Shown here: positions 1 through 10,630 of the stretch, piece after piece
How the letters are laid out: each line of letters begins with the position of its first letter
Numbering within the stretch: position 1 is the first letter of the stretch
Assembly (NCBI GenBank): GCA_001600695.1
Contig: BCKQ01000040.1
Location: forward strand, 1-33,048
Direction of reading: 5' to 3'
Length of the DNA: 33,048 nucleotides
Source: Ascoidea asiatica JCM 7603
Lineage: Eukaryota; Fungi; Ascomycota
Position numbers and translations under genes: made by a program
Notes under the pieces: generated by a model
Databases searched by the model: none
Told to the model about the DNA's origin: nothing
The model's input: only the letters and a program-made list of their open reading frames with translations

Positions 1-42
1 TTCAAATTCAAATTCAAATTCAAATTCAAATTCAAATTCAAA
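1..42 (+). repeat. (TTCAAA)7 coding microsatellite, Ser-Asn repeat in the LTE1 frame
   Basis: Read directly; a related tract lies at ~475-503. Confidence 0.9.
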
Positions 43-3000
43 CTTAAATTTTAAAAATTTAAATATCTTAGATACTAAATTTAATGAAAATATTTTAAAT
101 TCTTCAATAATTTTACCTGATAATTCAATAAATTCAATTAATTCAATTCAAAATAATAATTCTCCAATTATATCTCAAAATAATATAATTAATTCAAATA
201 TTATAGATCCTCATTCATATGATATTTCATTATCTTCTAATTCCAATTCAAATAATCATTCCAATTCACATTCTAATTCACATTCAAATTCACATTCAAA
301 TTCACATTCAAATAATAATTCTAATAATCATTCTAATAATCATTCATACACTTTTTCTTCAATTTCAAATCTGAATTCATATCCATATTCTGAACATTTT
401 GGTAGTAGTTTTAGAAGTAGTATGGATAAAATCTTTGAACAAAATTATTTAATTGATGAATCTTATATTTCTCATTCAAATTCAAATTCAAATTCAAATT
501 CAATTCCAACTGCTGAATTTAATTCTCAATCCATTATTAATTCAGATTCAACTTCAAGTAAATCTGAAAGACCTTCAATTTCAATTTCAAATTCAATTAA
601 TTATTATCCTTCAATTCCATCTATTAAATCTCCAAAACAAAATTCAATGCCTGCATTTTGGTTAAGTAATTCTTTAAATAATAATTTAAATAAACAAGCT
701 TTAAAAAAAAATAATTCAAATAATAATTCAAATAATAATGAATCTGAAAATAATTTAAATAATTTAAATAATTTAAAAATAAAATCAAGAAAAAATATTG
801 ATAATAATAAATTTGAATATCGTTTTCCAAGAAATAATGTTTCAACTTCAATTCCAACTCCTGATGATTTGATTTCCGTTGATTTAATATCTGAATCAAA
901 TGATTCTTTAATTTCAAAAGAAAATCCTTTGGAAACTTTAGATAAAATAATTTTTGAAAATAAAGAAAAATTTTTAAATTATCAAAAAAATAGACCTTCT
1001 CCTATAATAACAAATAATCATTCTAGAATTTCTTCATTACCTCATTCTCTTCCTCAATCACCATCTTTTATTCATTCTCCTTCATCAAGTCAAAATAATA
1101 CAATCCAAAGCTCAAAATTAAAATCATCTCATATGACTGATAATAATTTAATTTATTCAAATAATCATTTATTAAATAATGAATTATTGTCAAATGATTT
1201 TCAAAAGTCAAATCCTCTTTCACCATCTAAACTTTTGAATCCAAACGTTAATATTGGTCGCTTTATTAATGTTTTTGCAAATCCTACTACTCCCATGAAT
1301 ATAAACTCTTCTTTTCAACTGAAAGGTATTAAATATTTATCTTCACCACAAATTTCAAAAATAAATACTGAAAATTTAATACGAAGTAATACTGTAAAAC
1401 CAATAGAAAGGGAAGAAGAGAAAGTTTTACTTACTGATATTGTTCCACCTACTCCTAAAAGAAGATTAAATTTAAGCTTAGTAACTTTTGATGAAGATGA
1501 GTTAAGCATGATTGAAAAAAAAGATACTAATAATACTGTAATTGTGGAACCCAATCCTGAAGAAAAAATAAATGAAAAGAAAAAAAAATCAATGGAAAGT
1601 AACAATTATTCCAAAAACTCAAAAGTTATACCTTCTACTTCAAAGATTAAGATATCAAGTTCCACCATTGTTTCAAACTCTGCTATTTCTTATAGCAATT
1701 CAACTGAAGGAACCAGTATAAAATCAAACTCAAGAAATAAAAATGGTCTTTTTTTAAAAGCAGTTAAAAATAATTCTAAAATAACAAAAAATTCAATTAA
1801 ATCACCTCGAACTCCTTTATCACCACTAGTTGAAAAATCAAGAAATGTCAAAGTCTTATTCAATCAATGGAAACACAGCTTCGTCGGGAAAGAAAAAAAT
1901 GAAGTAAAGCAGGATGAAAATTTAAATAACTTAGTAGAAAATTTAATTAGTATCAATAGGGCAAGTACAAATGGATTACTTGCTAATGACTTACCAGTAA
2001 GTATTATTGAATCAGTGTTGAGTTTGGAAGAAAGTCAAAAATTTCAAAAAGAAATGATGCGTGCTTCTCAAAAATCTACTATAGACCGTATGGATCCTCC
2101 AACTGATATTAAAATAGACGTTTTATCTGCTAGAGTTATCGATGAGCTTGAATTTGTTATTAAACTTCGTCAAAAAATTGAAAATAAAACTGCTTTTCTT
2201 ACCCAAAAGTCAAATGGAAATACGTTGAATCATCTTGTTCCTATATCAAATGAACATGGTGTCAATCAATTGAACCCAGAGATTCCATTTTCGTCTAATC
2301 TTAATACTGTAAATGATAGAAGTACAATTATTGATAATGCTCACAATATAAGTATGTTAAACTCACAAATACCGGACAAGTTCAATATATCTCTTGGTAC
2401 TATTGGACACTCTCTAAAAAATAGTATCTCTGAAAATATTGATGATTTAGATGTGTTTAATTTCACTGGATCTCAACAAGAATTGTTAAATCTAGAAAAT
2501 AGTCAAGAAGAAAAATGTAAAGATATGCAAAATCAGAGCGCTATTAAATCAAATTTTTCAACTGAGGGTATTCAAGAGCCTAATCAAAAATACGTACATT
2601 TTAATAATAAAAATGATATGCTTGAAACACCTGATACTTGCAACCTCTTGAAAAAAAACTATCCAGGAAAAGGTCTTCAAAATAATTACGTACAATCGGA
2701 AAGTATACCTTTAAATAACGAAGAAGAAAGATTTACTGGAAATTTGAAAGAAATTGATAGATGCTCCAGGATAAGTTATATTTCGAATAAATCATACTCA
2801 AGTTATTCAGACTCTTCTGATAATGGCCTGCTTAAAGCTTTTGAGAGTGATTTGCAATCCGATGTATCTGAAGTACATGGATTGAAAAAAATGCCTGCCT
2901 TTAATGATTTTCATGGAGCTTTAGTTGATCCTGAAAAGGAAAATATGTTTACCAATTTCAACTATTCTACACTATCAACTAGCTCAGTATCATTGGGTGA

Positions 3001-5233
3001 AATCCCTTTACCTGCCCAAACTGGCAAAAAATTGGCCTATCATGAAGCAGAAGATCTTCAAATGAATTCCCTGATTAAAAATATAGGTTCTCATGACTTG
3101 AAATTTTCAATAAATTCATTAAATTTCACTAAACTGGACAGAGCAAAAAGTTATGAAGCTCATAACTTTAGTATTTGTTCCCCTCTAGATGATATACCTC
3201 ATTCAAAATTCCAGTCCCCTAATCAAAATTCAGTCTCGACTCAACAAAACTCTCAATTTTCAAATGATGGCCGATTTCAAGAGAGCTTTTCTTCTATTAC
3301 TTCTAAATCTTATATTTCTTATAACTCTGACCTTTCTATAAGCTCCTCTAAAACTGATATTATGATAAACTCCAAAGATCTTTTGAAAAAGCGTCGGGCC
3401 TTTCCAGATCTCAAGTTGGGGGTAGAAATTGATAAAGCTCCAGAATCTCCAATATATTTGCATAGAAGATCTAATACTCCAACAACAAGTAACAGTGATA
3501 CAATCAAAGGTGATAATTTTGAGAATAATAAAAATAATAGCCGATTTAAAAGTCCTTATTATTGTAGTGATGTAGCCGATAGAATTGATTCTAAAAGCTT
3601 CGATGAGAAAACAACAAGTTTAATATCTGAATCTTCTTCTATTTTTTCATCTGGAACAAAGCCTCTTTTAATTACTTTGAAACAAAATTTAACTGAAGAA
3701 GAAGAAAAAGAATTTAAGAATGATATTAATAAGTCTCGAGAGAATATTCTCAAAATGAAGAGATCCAAAGAAATGCTTGTTGCTCAAATGAGCCACAGAG
3801 ATCTGTCCTCGATAAAATCGTATCTAAGACATAAAAAGTCTTTTTCAGCAGATTCAATTAGTGTTTATGAGGTTGAAGGTTCGGAGACAAGAGTTCTTTC
3901 TTCAGTTAGTGATACTTTCTTACCGGCTTTTGTTGGTAATAATAGAGACATGGTTAGAAACTTGAAGGATATACCAGACGAAGATATAAGTGGTGATCCA
4001 GTAAGTGCTGCATTATGGAAATTAGAAGGAAAGCCTGAACCTAAGTTTAATAATATTGATACTTCTGATTCATTAAATTCAGAGGATGATCTCAAGAAGA
4101 AAAGTGTTGATTCTATACATGTTGATACTGATACTATTAGTAGAAATGTTGCAGAACTCAGTATTGCTGATTCTGCTGACATTCAAATGGATCCACCTAT
4201 TGGAGTGGGTCTGCTTGAAGGAAATATATTCGTCTCAATACCGAAGGTAGTTCAACAACTCAATAGTTTTGTTTGCACTTCCAAACTATGCAAAAATGTG
4301 AGCTCCAATTCTATTATTCAGGAAGAATTTTTAGATATTGAAAAGCAGTTAGAAGAGCATTTAATTACTGAGGGAGTTTTATCTATCAGCGAAGTTCTAG
4401 CAACTAAAAGACATATTTCATTTATTCTTAATTATGATTCATTTACATTGGCTAAGCAGTTTACTTTAATTGAAAGAGATACTTTATCTGAAGTGGATTG
4501 GAAGGAACTTATTGATATGGATTGGTCTCCAGAATTAAAACCAATCACCAGTTGGATTCAACTTTTAGTAAAAAAAGAAGTGAAAGGAATTGATCTTGTT
4601 ATATCTAGATTTAATTTAACAGTTAATTGGATTGTATCGGAAATTCTTCTAACAAGTGAGGAAATGTATCGAAAAGATACTATTGCAAGATTTATTCATA
4701 TTGCAAATCATTGCCATAAACTTCAAAACTATTCAACTCTTATGCAAATTATTCTTGCACTAACCACCCCAAGAATTAAACGATTATATTCTACTTGGAA
4801 TAAAATGGACGCTTCAGATATTTTTATGTTAAAAAATTTAGAAATATTTTTCAATTCAGAAGGAAACTTTTATAAATTAAGAAAAGATTTTGATCGTATA
4901 ATTCCTTCAAAGGGCTGTGTTCCTTTTTTTGGTTTATATCTTTCAGATTTAACATTTAATAGTAGTAAACCTATTTTAATATCCACTGCGTCAATTAACA
5001 AATTAAATTGTGCAAATGAAACTCCAAATTTAGACATCAATGATGATACCACATTAGTGAATATTGAGAGATTTTCTTCAGCATCTCAGATTGTACGTAA
5101 TTTCATTCAATGCATTCAATGGTCTAAGTTGTACGATATTGAATCTGTGCCTCAAGTATTATCAAAATGTTTGTATATAAAATCATTAACTGAAGAAGAA
5201 ATGGAATTATGCTTGAATAAAATTGCTGGATAA
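2..5233 (+). CDS. LTE1: Lte1-like RasGEF (CDC25 domain) mitotic-exit regulator, 5'-partial
   Basis: C-terminal RasGEF domain (HISFILNYDSFTLAKQFTLIERD...VDWKELI...RFNLTVNWIVSEI...GCVPFFGLYLSDL) plus a DPVSAALWKLEG block typical of Lte1. The frame is open from base 2 to the ATG at 422 (SNSNS...FGSSFRSS-M) and no N-terminal REM domain is seen, so the true start is probably outside the window. Confidence 0.85.
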   Translation, partial: SNSNSNSNSNSNSNLNFKNLNILDTKFNENILNSSIILPDNSINSINSIQNNNSPIISQNNIINSNIIDPHSYDISLSSNSNSNNHSNSHSNSHSNSHSNSHSNNNSNNHSNNHSYTFSSISNLNSYPYSEHFGSSFRSSMDKIFEQNYLIDESYISHSNSNSNSNSIPTAEFNSQSIINSDSTSSKSERPSISISNSINYYPSIPSIKSPKQNSMPAFWLSNSLNNNLNKQALKKNNSNNNSNNNESENNLNNLNNLKIKSRKNIDNNKFEYRFPRNNVSTSIPTPDDLISVDLISESNDSLISKENPLETLDKIIFENKEKFLNYQKNRPSPIITNNHSRISSLPHSLPQSPSFIHSPSSSQNNTIQSSKLKSSHMTDNNLIYSNNHLLNNELLSNDFQKSNPLSPSKLLNPNVNIGRFINVFANPTTPMNINSSFQLKGIKYLSSPQISKINTENLIRSNTVKPIEREEEKVLLTDIVPPTPKRRLNLSLVTFDEDELSMIEKKDTNNTVIVEPNPEEKINEKKKKSMESNNYSKNSKVIPSTSKIKISSSTIVSNSAISYSNSTEGTSIKSNSRNKNGLFLKAVKNNSKITKNSIKSPRTPLSPLVEKSRNVKVLFNQWKHSFVGKEKNEVKQDENLNNLVENLISINRASTNGLLANDLPVSIIESVLSLEESQKFQKEMMRASQKSTIDRMDPPTDIKIDVLSARVIDELEFVIKLRQKIENKTAFLTQKSNGNTLNHLVPISNEHGVNQLNPEIPFSSNLNTVNDRSTIIDNAHNISMLNSQIPDKFNISLGTIGHSLKNSISENIDDLDVFNFTGSQQELLNLENSQEEKCKDMQNQSAIKSNFSTEGIQEPNQKYVHFNNKNDMLETPDTCNLLKKNYPGKGLQNNYVQSESIPLNNEEERFTGNLKEIDRCSRISYISNKSYSSYSDSSDNGLLKAFESDLQSDVSEVHGLKKMPAFNDFHGALVDPEKENMFTNFNYSTLSTSSVSLGEIPLPAQTGKKLAYHEAEDLQMNSLIKNIGSHDLKFSINSLNFTKLDRAKSYEAHNFSICSPLDDIPHSKFQSPNQNSVSTQQNSQFSNDGRFQESFSSITSKSYISYNSDLSISSSKTDIMINSKDLLKKRRAFPDLKLGVEIDKAPESPIYLHRRSNTPTTSNSDTIKGDNFENNKNNSRFKSPYYCSDVADRIDSKSFDEKTTSLISESSSIFSSGTKPLLITLKQNLTEEEEKEFKNDINKSRENILKMKRSKEMLVAQMSHRDLSSIKSYLRHKKSFSADSISVYEVEGSETRVLSSVSDTFLPAFVGNNRDMVRNLKDIPDEDISGDPVSAALWKLEGKPEPKFNNIDTSDSLNSEDDLKKKSVDSIHVDTDTISRNVAELSIADSADIQMDPPIGVGLLEGNIFVSIPKVVQQLNSFVCTSKLCKNVSSNSIIQEEFLDIEKQLEEHLITEGVLSISEVLATKRHISFILNYDSFTLAKQFTLIERDTLSEVDWKELIDMDWSPELKPITSWIQLLVKKEVKGIDLVISRFNLTVNWIVSEILLTSEEMYRKDTIARFIHIANHCHKLQNYSTLMQIILALTTPRIKRLYSTWNKMDASDIFMLKNLEIFFNSEGNFYKLRKDFDRIIPSKGCVPFFGLYLSDLTFNSSKPILISTASINKLNCANETPNLDINDDTTLVNIERFSSASQIVRNFIQCIQWSKLYDIESVPQVLSKCLYIKSLTEEEMELCLNKIAG

Positions 5234-5617
5234 ATCAAAATGTGTTACTGTCATTCTTATTTAACTTAATACTTTTTTACTCTGTTTCAATATTGTCATT
5301 ATCATACACTTATTTTTTCTTGCATTTTTAGTTTTTCTTTTTTTTTTCGTTATTTTTTAGCTTTTTTTCTAGATTCTAGTTTACTTCTTTTGAATATTTT
5401 GTTTTTTTTTGTTAAATTCACCTTATCGTTGTGATTAATTCGATTTTAATTTTTAATTAGGTAGCATGTCTTTTTATTTATTTGTTTTTATTATTTATTT
5501 ATTTCTTTGTTATAAAATTTTATTTTTTTCAAACTTGATGAAGCTCTTTTGTTTACAAAAATTCGAACTAAATTCTAAATTATTTAATAAATGTGATATA
5601 TAATCAAATATTTTTTT

Positions 5618-6247
5618 CTATTTAATTATATTTCTGTTTCCACCGAAAACAACCTTTTCAGTATTTTGATTTGCACCACCCATATAACCGTATTCAATGG
5701 TACTCCATTGTGAAACATTCTTTTGAAGATGTGAAGGCTTTCTTGGAACTCGTGGAGCAGGTTTTCTGTCTTTTGAAGCTAGATTTGGTCCAATAACTTT
5801 AATAGCTGGGTTTATTTTATTAGCATATCGACTTAAACTAATTATTGCCGTATATACTTGAGAAGAATCTTGATTTTCAAATAAATCAACGGTAGAAAAT
5901 AACTCATCTTCTGGAACACCAATTTTCTTAGCATGAGCTAAAAATGTTGATATATTTTCCATTTTTATAAAAGGAAATTTTGGATTATGATTGAATTTTA
6001 TGTTTTTATTTTCTATTGCTTCTATCAATTTACAAAGAACAGTGCCATCATTTAAAATATCTAATAGATCCCCTTGATCTTTTAAATTAGATTCATTGAT
6101 ACAAGAAAATATCCAATTTTTGATTTCTGTAATTTTACCAATATCATATTTGGCATCTCTTTTTAGCTTTAAATCTTCATCAAGGGTAGTTACATCTGGT
6201 TTAACTCCATATACAGGACTATACGATAAAGTTTTATTTGGAAGCAT
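5618..6247 (-). CDS. SCP1: Calponin/transgelin homologue (actin-bundling)
   Basis: DVTTLDEDL N-terminus, CH domain (DGTVLCKL...PFIKMENISTFL...GVPEDELFSTVDLFE) and C-terminal calponin repeat (WSTIEYGYMGGANQ). Confidence 0.93.
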   Translation of the reverse strand: MLPNKTLSYSPVYGVKPDVTTLDEDLKLKRDAKYDIGKITEIKNWIFSCINESNLKDQGDLLDILNDGTVLCKLIEAIENKNIKFNHNPKFPFIKMENISTFLAHAKKIGVPEDELFSTVDLFENQDSSQVYTAIISLSRYANKINPAIKVIGPNLASKDRKPAPRVPRKPSHLQKNVSQWSTIEYGYMGGANQNTEKVVFGGNRNIIK

Positions 6248-6458
6248 GGTAAAAGTATTGTATTTTCAAAATCTAGTTGATTTAAGCAAATTAGTTGATT
6301 ATAATAATGGGTATAACTATTGAGTAATTCATGTTTATATCCAAGTGGTAAAACAATCTTTTTTGAATGAGATAGTTGCTTATTTTTATAGCTGGTTCTA
6401 AGCTGGCATTGGTGAAGCTGGTGCTTATATATTTTAAAGTTAACTTTACACACTTTAC

Positions 6459-6513
6459 CATGACTGATGACTAGAGTTTCCGTATTACCCTGCAATTTGA
6501 GGGCAGTTCGTTG
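6459..6513 (+). promoter_or_regulatory. Shared upstream element with TTACCCT-N8-AGGGCAG dyad (Reb1/Tbf1-like sites)
   Basis: 6485-6513 matches 24633-24661 at 25/29, preceded in both by catgRctgatgaMtagaR. Lies ~210-270 bp upstream of SCP1. Confidence 0.45.
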
Positions 6514-7016
6514 GGAAAAGAAACTGTATTTATCTTTTGATATTGGGAAAAAGGCAAAATGAGTTTTTCTTTCAACTTTTTATTTGATCATTGAAAATTC
6601 TTATATTATAGTTATGTTAAAATAAGGCATTAATTATTGAAGACTTGCAAAAGGAGTTCGATGTATTGAACCAGTTCATATTCAGATAACAACAAGTATT
6701 TTTTAAAAAGGAAAAGTAATACAATAAAAAGAGCGTTATTTCTATAATGAAATCAAAATACCTAATCAGAAAATAACAATATCAAATCCTCAAATTAGCA
6801 AACTCAGATTTTATGATAGTAAATTTTTAAATAAAACCTTAGGGGATAATTTATCTTTCTAAGCTTAAAAGGGAAACATAGACTATCCAATAAGTTGTTT
6901 ATTTTTCGATAAATCAGAAGAAAAACATAACAATAAACGTAAGAGTAAATATTCTATTTCTTTTCTTGAATTAAAATTATTCATTAGGAATTTATAATCA
7001 TAAAACATATTTAAAA

Positions 7017-8081
7017 ATGGGGTTGTTTGCAAGAGTTATGGAAGATTATAGAACTGATGTTTATCAACGTTGGGTTACTCATAATTGGAAAACAGAGCTT
7101 TATTTGGTTGGTACTTTATTAGTTTTTGTTGTTTGCCATATTATTGGATACAAATTAAATGAAAGTTATGTTAATAAAATTATTAAAGCAATTAAACCAT
7201 ATTTAGATGAAAATTTTTATAAATTTGGTTGTTCAGATACTGAATTATATATTAGAGATAATGATCAATTGTATACAACATATGCAAGTGGTAGAGTTAA
7301 TATTAAGAACATATTGATTAAAATTGTTTTAAAAGCAAGACAAAATTTTATTTTATATTTCTTTCAAGATGTTTTTTCATTTTTCATGCAAAGTTTAAAA
7401 GTTGAAGAGGATGTAATTGAAATTGTTGGAAATTTTAATGCTAATATCAAAGTTAATAATTTTATCTTTTCAATTGTTAATAAAGAAAATATGAAAGAAA
7501 ATAGAAATTCAAATTACTTTTTATCCTTAACAAAAACTCTTGATTCTTCAAATTTGCCAAATCAATTTGTTTTTATGTCCGAATCTTCTGAAATTAATGA
7601 TTTAATACTTGAAAAATCTGATATTAGTGATTTATTAAAGAATGTTGGAGATGTTTTACAATTTTTTGCAATTACAGATCAAGATTCCGTTCATCCAATA
7701 AATGTTGAAGATTGTACACCACTTCCTCGTTTTGTTATGAAACTAAATCTAAAAACTTCTAAAAAAGATTTATCACAAATTTTAGATTCTTTCAAATTAT
7801 TGTTTGCTATTATTGATTTTGTTTCAAATGATAAAAAATTTCAACCAAGACCAGAAGCTTTAAAAAAAATTAATAATGTTAGAAAACAAGAAGTTGATAA
7901 AATTATTAAAAGAATTGAACTTGAAAAAAAGGAATTATTAGAAGAAAAAAAAATTGAGGAACAGAAGAAAATTAGAGATGATATGAAAAGCAAAAGTCCT
8001 AGTGAACTAGAAAAATTAGAAAAAAAACAACAAGCAAAAAAAGAAAGAAGAATGAGAAATAAACAAAAATTTAGAATGTAA
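7017..8081 (+). CDS. CCDC47 / DUF1682 family ER membrane protein (YNR021W-like)
   Basis: N-terminal TM segment, YTTYASGR, RQN, NYFLSLTKT..S..LP..FVFMSES.E, TDQ motifs and a basic coiled-coil C-terminus. Confidence 0.85.
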   Translation: MGLFARVMEDYRTDVYQRWVTHNWKTELYLVGTLLVFVVCHIIGYKLNESYVNKIIKAIKPYLDENFYKFGCSDTELYIRDNDQLYTTYASGRVNIKNILIKIVLKARQNFILYFFQDVFSFFMQSLKVEEDVIEIVGNFNANIKVNNFIFSIVNKENMKENRNSNYFLSLTKTLDSSNLPNQFVFMSESSEINDLILEKSDISDLLKNVGDVLQFFAITDQDSVHPINVEDCTPLPRFVMKLNLKTSKKDLSQILDSFKLLFAIIDFVSNDKKFQPRPEALKKINNVRKQEVDKIIKRIELEKKELLEEKKIEEQKKIRDDMKSKSPSELEKLEKKQQAKKERRMRNKQKFRM

Positions 8082-8309
8082 ATCTACTATATAAAAATGT
8101 TAATATTTCTTTTTTTTCTTAATCAACTTTATATCTAACATATTTTGAGTGGTATGTTCAAAACGACCACCCATTTACCGGAAATGACTGGCTCGTAATG
8201 TTTGTTGAAACACCGAGGTCTGTTCTAAAAGAAATTTATATTTGAATACTCAAACAATTAGAAAAACTTTCTTAATAAACTAAATAAATAAGAATATATA
8301 AAAAAGAAA

Positions 8310-9939
8310 TACTAACAGATTTGTGCTAGTTTATTATAAGACTCTTCAATATTAAATTCCTCAGACTGCTGGTCCAAGTCATTTGACTGTGGCGGTAAAG
8401 GCGAAGGATTCTAGAGAGACCAGCACTTGTAAAAGTAGATAGAACAACAATTGGAGAAGGAATGATATTAATTTTCTTTTTATCATCAGAAAAAGATTGA
8501 TTAAGAATTCCAAAAACAAATCCTGGAGTATTTGGCTTGACGTTAAAGTGAGAAAAAGGTTTATCTAAATCATCATCCAAAGAATTATTACTTTTTGTAA
8601 AGAGACTTTAATCCTCAGTTGGAGAAACAATCACAGTAGAAGTTCACATTTTAGAAGGACCCATATCAGAAGAACTTGTTGCAGCAGAGATAGTTTTAGA
8701 TTATTGTAACTATTTTTTTCATTGATCATGTTATCATTTTTAATGCTATTATCAGTATTAAAAAATTTTATATTAAATTATATGAATAGTTATTATGAAA
8801 TAAAGGATGATAATCTTGATGAATTTTATAATAATTTATTTCAAGAAGAACTTTATTCACCAATAATTTTAAATAATAAATTAAAAGAATTGTTCAAAGA
8901 TTATATTTTTTTAATAAATAATTTTAAATAATGTTTTTATTACTACTAATGCTATATATATACATATTATTACAATTATTATTATTAGAGATTGAATTTT
9001 TGTTATCTGAATTCCTAAAACAGGGAACATTGATCTCAGTTTCATCTAGATTCATTGTAGTATAATTAACAAATGGCTCTAATTCTGAGCCATTATTAGA
9101 CAAATCATTTCTGTAATTAATTATGTTATGATTACCACTAGCTAGAGTAGAATGTTTACCTACGCTAAAAGCAAGAGAATACTCAATCGAAACTTGAAAA
9201 GTGGTATCAAATAAAGAGGATTAATTTAAGCTATTCTGTTGTCTTAATATTGAAGGCAAGAAATATTTGTTTGATAAGGAATTATAGTAATTATAATTGC
9301 TATTATTATCATTAAGTTGTTCAGAAATTGGGGATTGTGATTTACTATAGGCTTGAGAAGATGAAGGATTATCTTTCTTAGAATCTATATTTGAAAAATT
9401 AGTTTAAGAATTTGGAAATGAATAAGCTGATAAGTTGTGATTGAAACCTTTTTTTCAAGATTTTTAATAAATTTATTATCACATGAAAAATTTGAAATAT
9501 AATTTGAAGAAGATCTGTTAGCAGAATTTAAATATGACAATGAATTAGAAAACAAATTATTTAAACCTTTAAATTTCATTCCTATAGGTTGATGTCTTAC
9601 CGTATGTTAACCAATGTGAAAATTTGACAAGGTAAATTGACAATGTAGATGGAGATTTTTCCAAATTAAATACATTTCAGTATGGGAGTTAAGTAAATAA
9701 TTTTTACCTAAATCATCAATTTCAGTAACAGCTTTAGTTTTTTCATATACCTGATTATCATCTTTTGGAATTGAACCCAATTCTTTGCCCAGCTTTAATA
9801 TCCAACCATCTGAATTATTACCGTCATCATCTGAGGAGTTTCACGAAGCAGTAATATCTGCTAAATTCCAAACAAAATTATTATATTTCATAAATTTTTT
9901 AATATGGTCGATTTCATCATCATAAATTTCGGGGAACAT
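8310..9939 (-). pseudogene. Decayed coding relic(s) of an unidentified Ser/Asn-rich protein
   Basis: Minus-strand coding-like stretches broken by stops and frameshifts: ATG 9939 MFPEIYDDEIDHIKKF...AS*NSSDDDG...; ...IG*HTVRHQPIG into ORF 9385-9579; SSLFDTTFQVSIEYS...; ...MGPSKM*TSTVIVSPTED*SLF into ORF 8326-8580. No family recognised. Confidence 0.4.
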
Positions 9940-10630
9940 TTTCGAATTTCACTGGAAATTTATAACAAATTAATTATAGCCTAAAAAGAAAAAATACAAA
10001 AGGAAGTAATAATAAAGAAAGCAAGAGAAGAAATAACCATAAATAAGTAATTGCGAAGATTAAGAATATAATTCAGACATAAAGCTTAATCCAGCATAAT
10101 GATCAACTTATTTAATAGAATCAAAAGCATTGAATTGGTCAGTAAACTAGGTGATATTGTCAAGAAAAGATGAGGCCCATGCTTCACAGCCAAATAAATT
10201 TTAAAAAACACTAAAATACATTCAAAGAGACAGTATGAACGGAAATTGAAACCATTGGCGGACGTTTGATTGTATGGAAGCAGATCGGTTCATTAAACGG
10301 GTAGATCACAAATTTGCTATTTGATGTATTTTGTGATTTGTTTTTCCGTTTAAATCAGTTACTATTAAGCAATGCTCTTACAGCTTTGAAGGTACCTTTA
10401 ATACTTTGGTTTTCAAATATATGTTTCAGTATTTTCTGCTGAAATTCTATCTCCGCAAAATCAATTCAATCTACATCAACAACTAAACTTTTTAAAGAAA
10501 AATGTTTTAAACCAAAACAATAAAGTTGCCTCCCTTACTGAAACATTTATCAATATTCATATCATTAATAAATTAAAATTTAAATGCAAATTCAATTAAA
10601 ATTTCCATAACTGTGAAAACACCTTATAAA

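Larger units (their letters stand above)
1..8138 (+). repeat. Left arm of a >=8.1-kb inverted repeat (partner 24911-33048)
   Basis: Every ORF in 1-8081 has a mirror ORF with coordinates summing to 33049. Identity ends after ...caactttatatctaa (8138 / 24911). Differences seen: C7851 vs T (25198) and A8001 vs G (25048). Confidence 0.98.

Noticed and set aside
453-5052. Short ORFs overlapping LTE1 and their mirrors at 27997-32596
   Set aside because: Antisense or off-frame shadows of a low-complexity coding region, with no motifs.
6096-6495. 75-aa and 101-aa ORFs overlapping the SCP1 5' end (and mirrors)
   Set aside because: Non-ATG starts, overlap a real gene and its promoter, no recognisable domain.
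8149-8230. tRNA-like or Pol III element at the left junction (GTTCAAA, small hairpin)
   Set aside because: No cloverleaf and an incomplete B-box.
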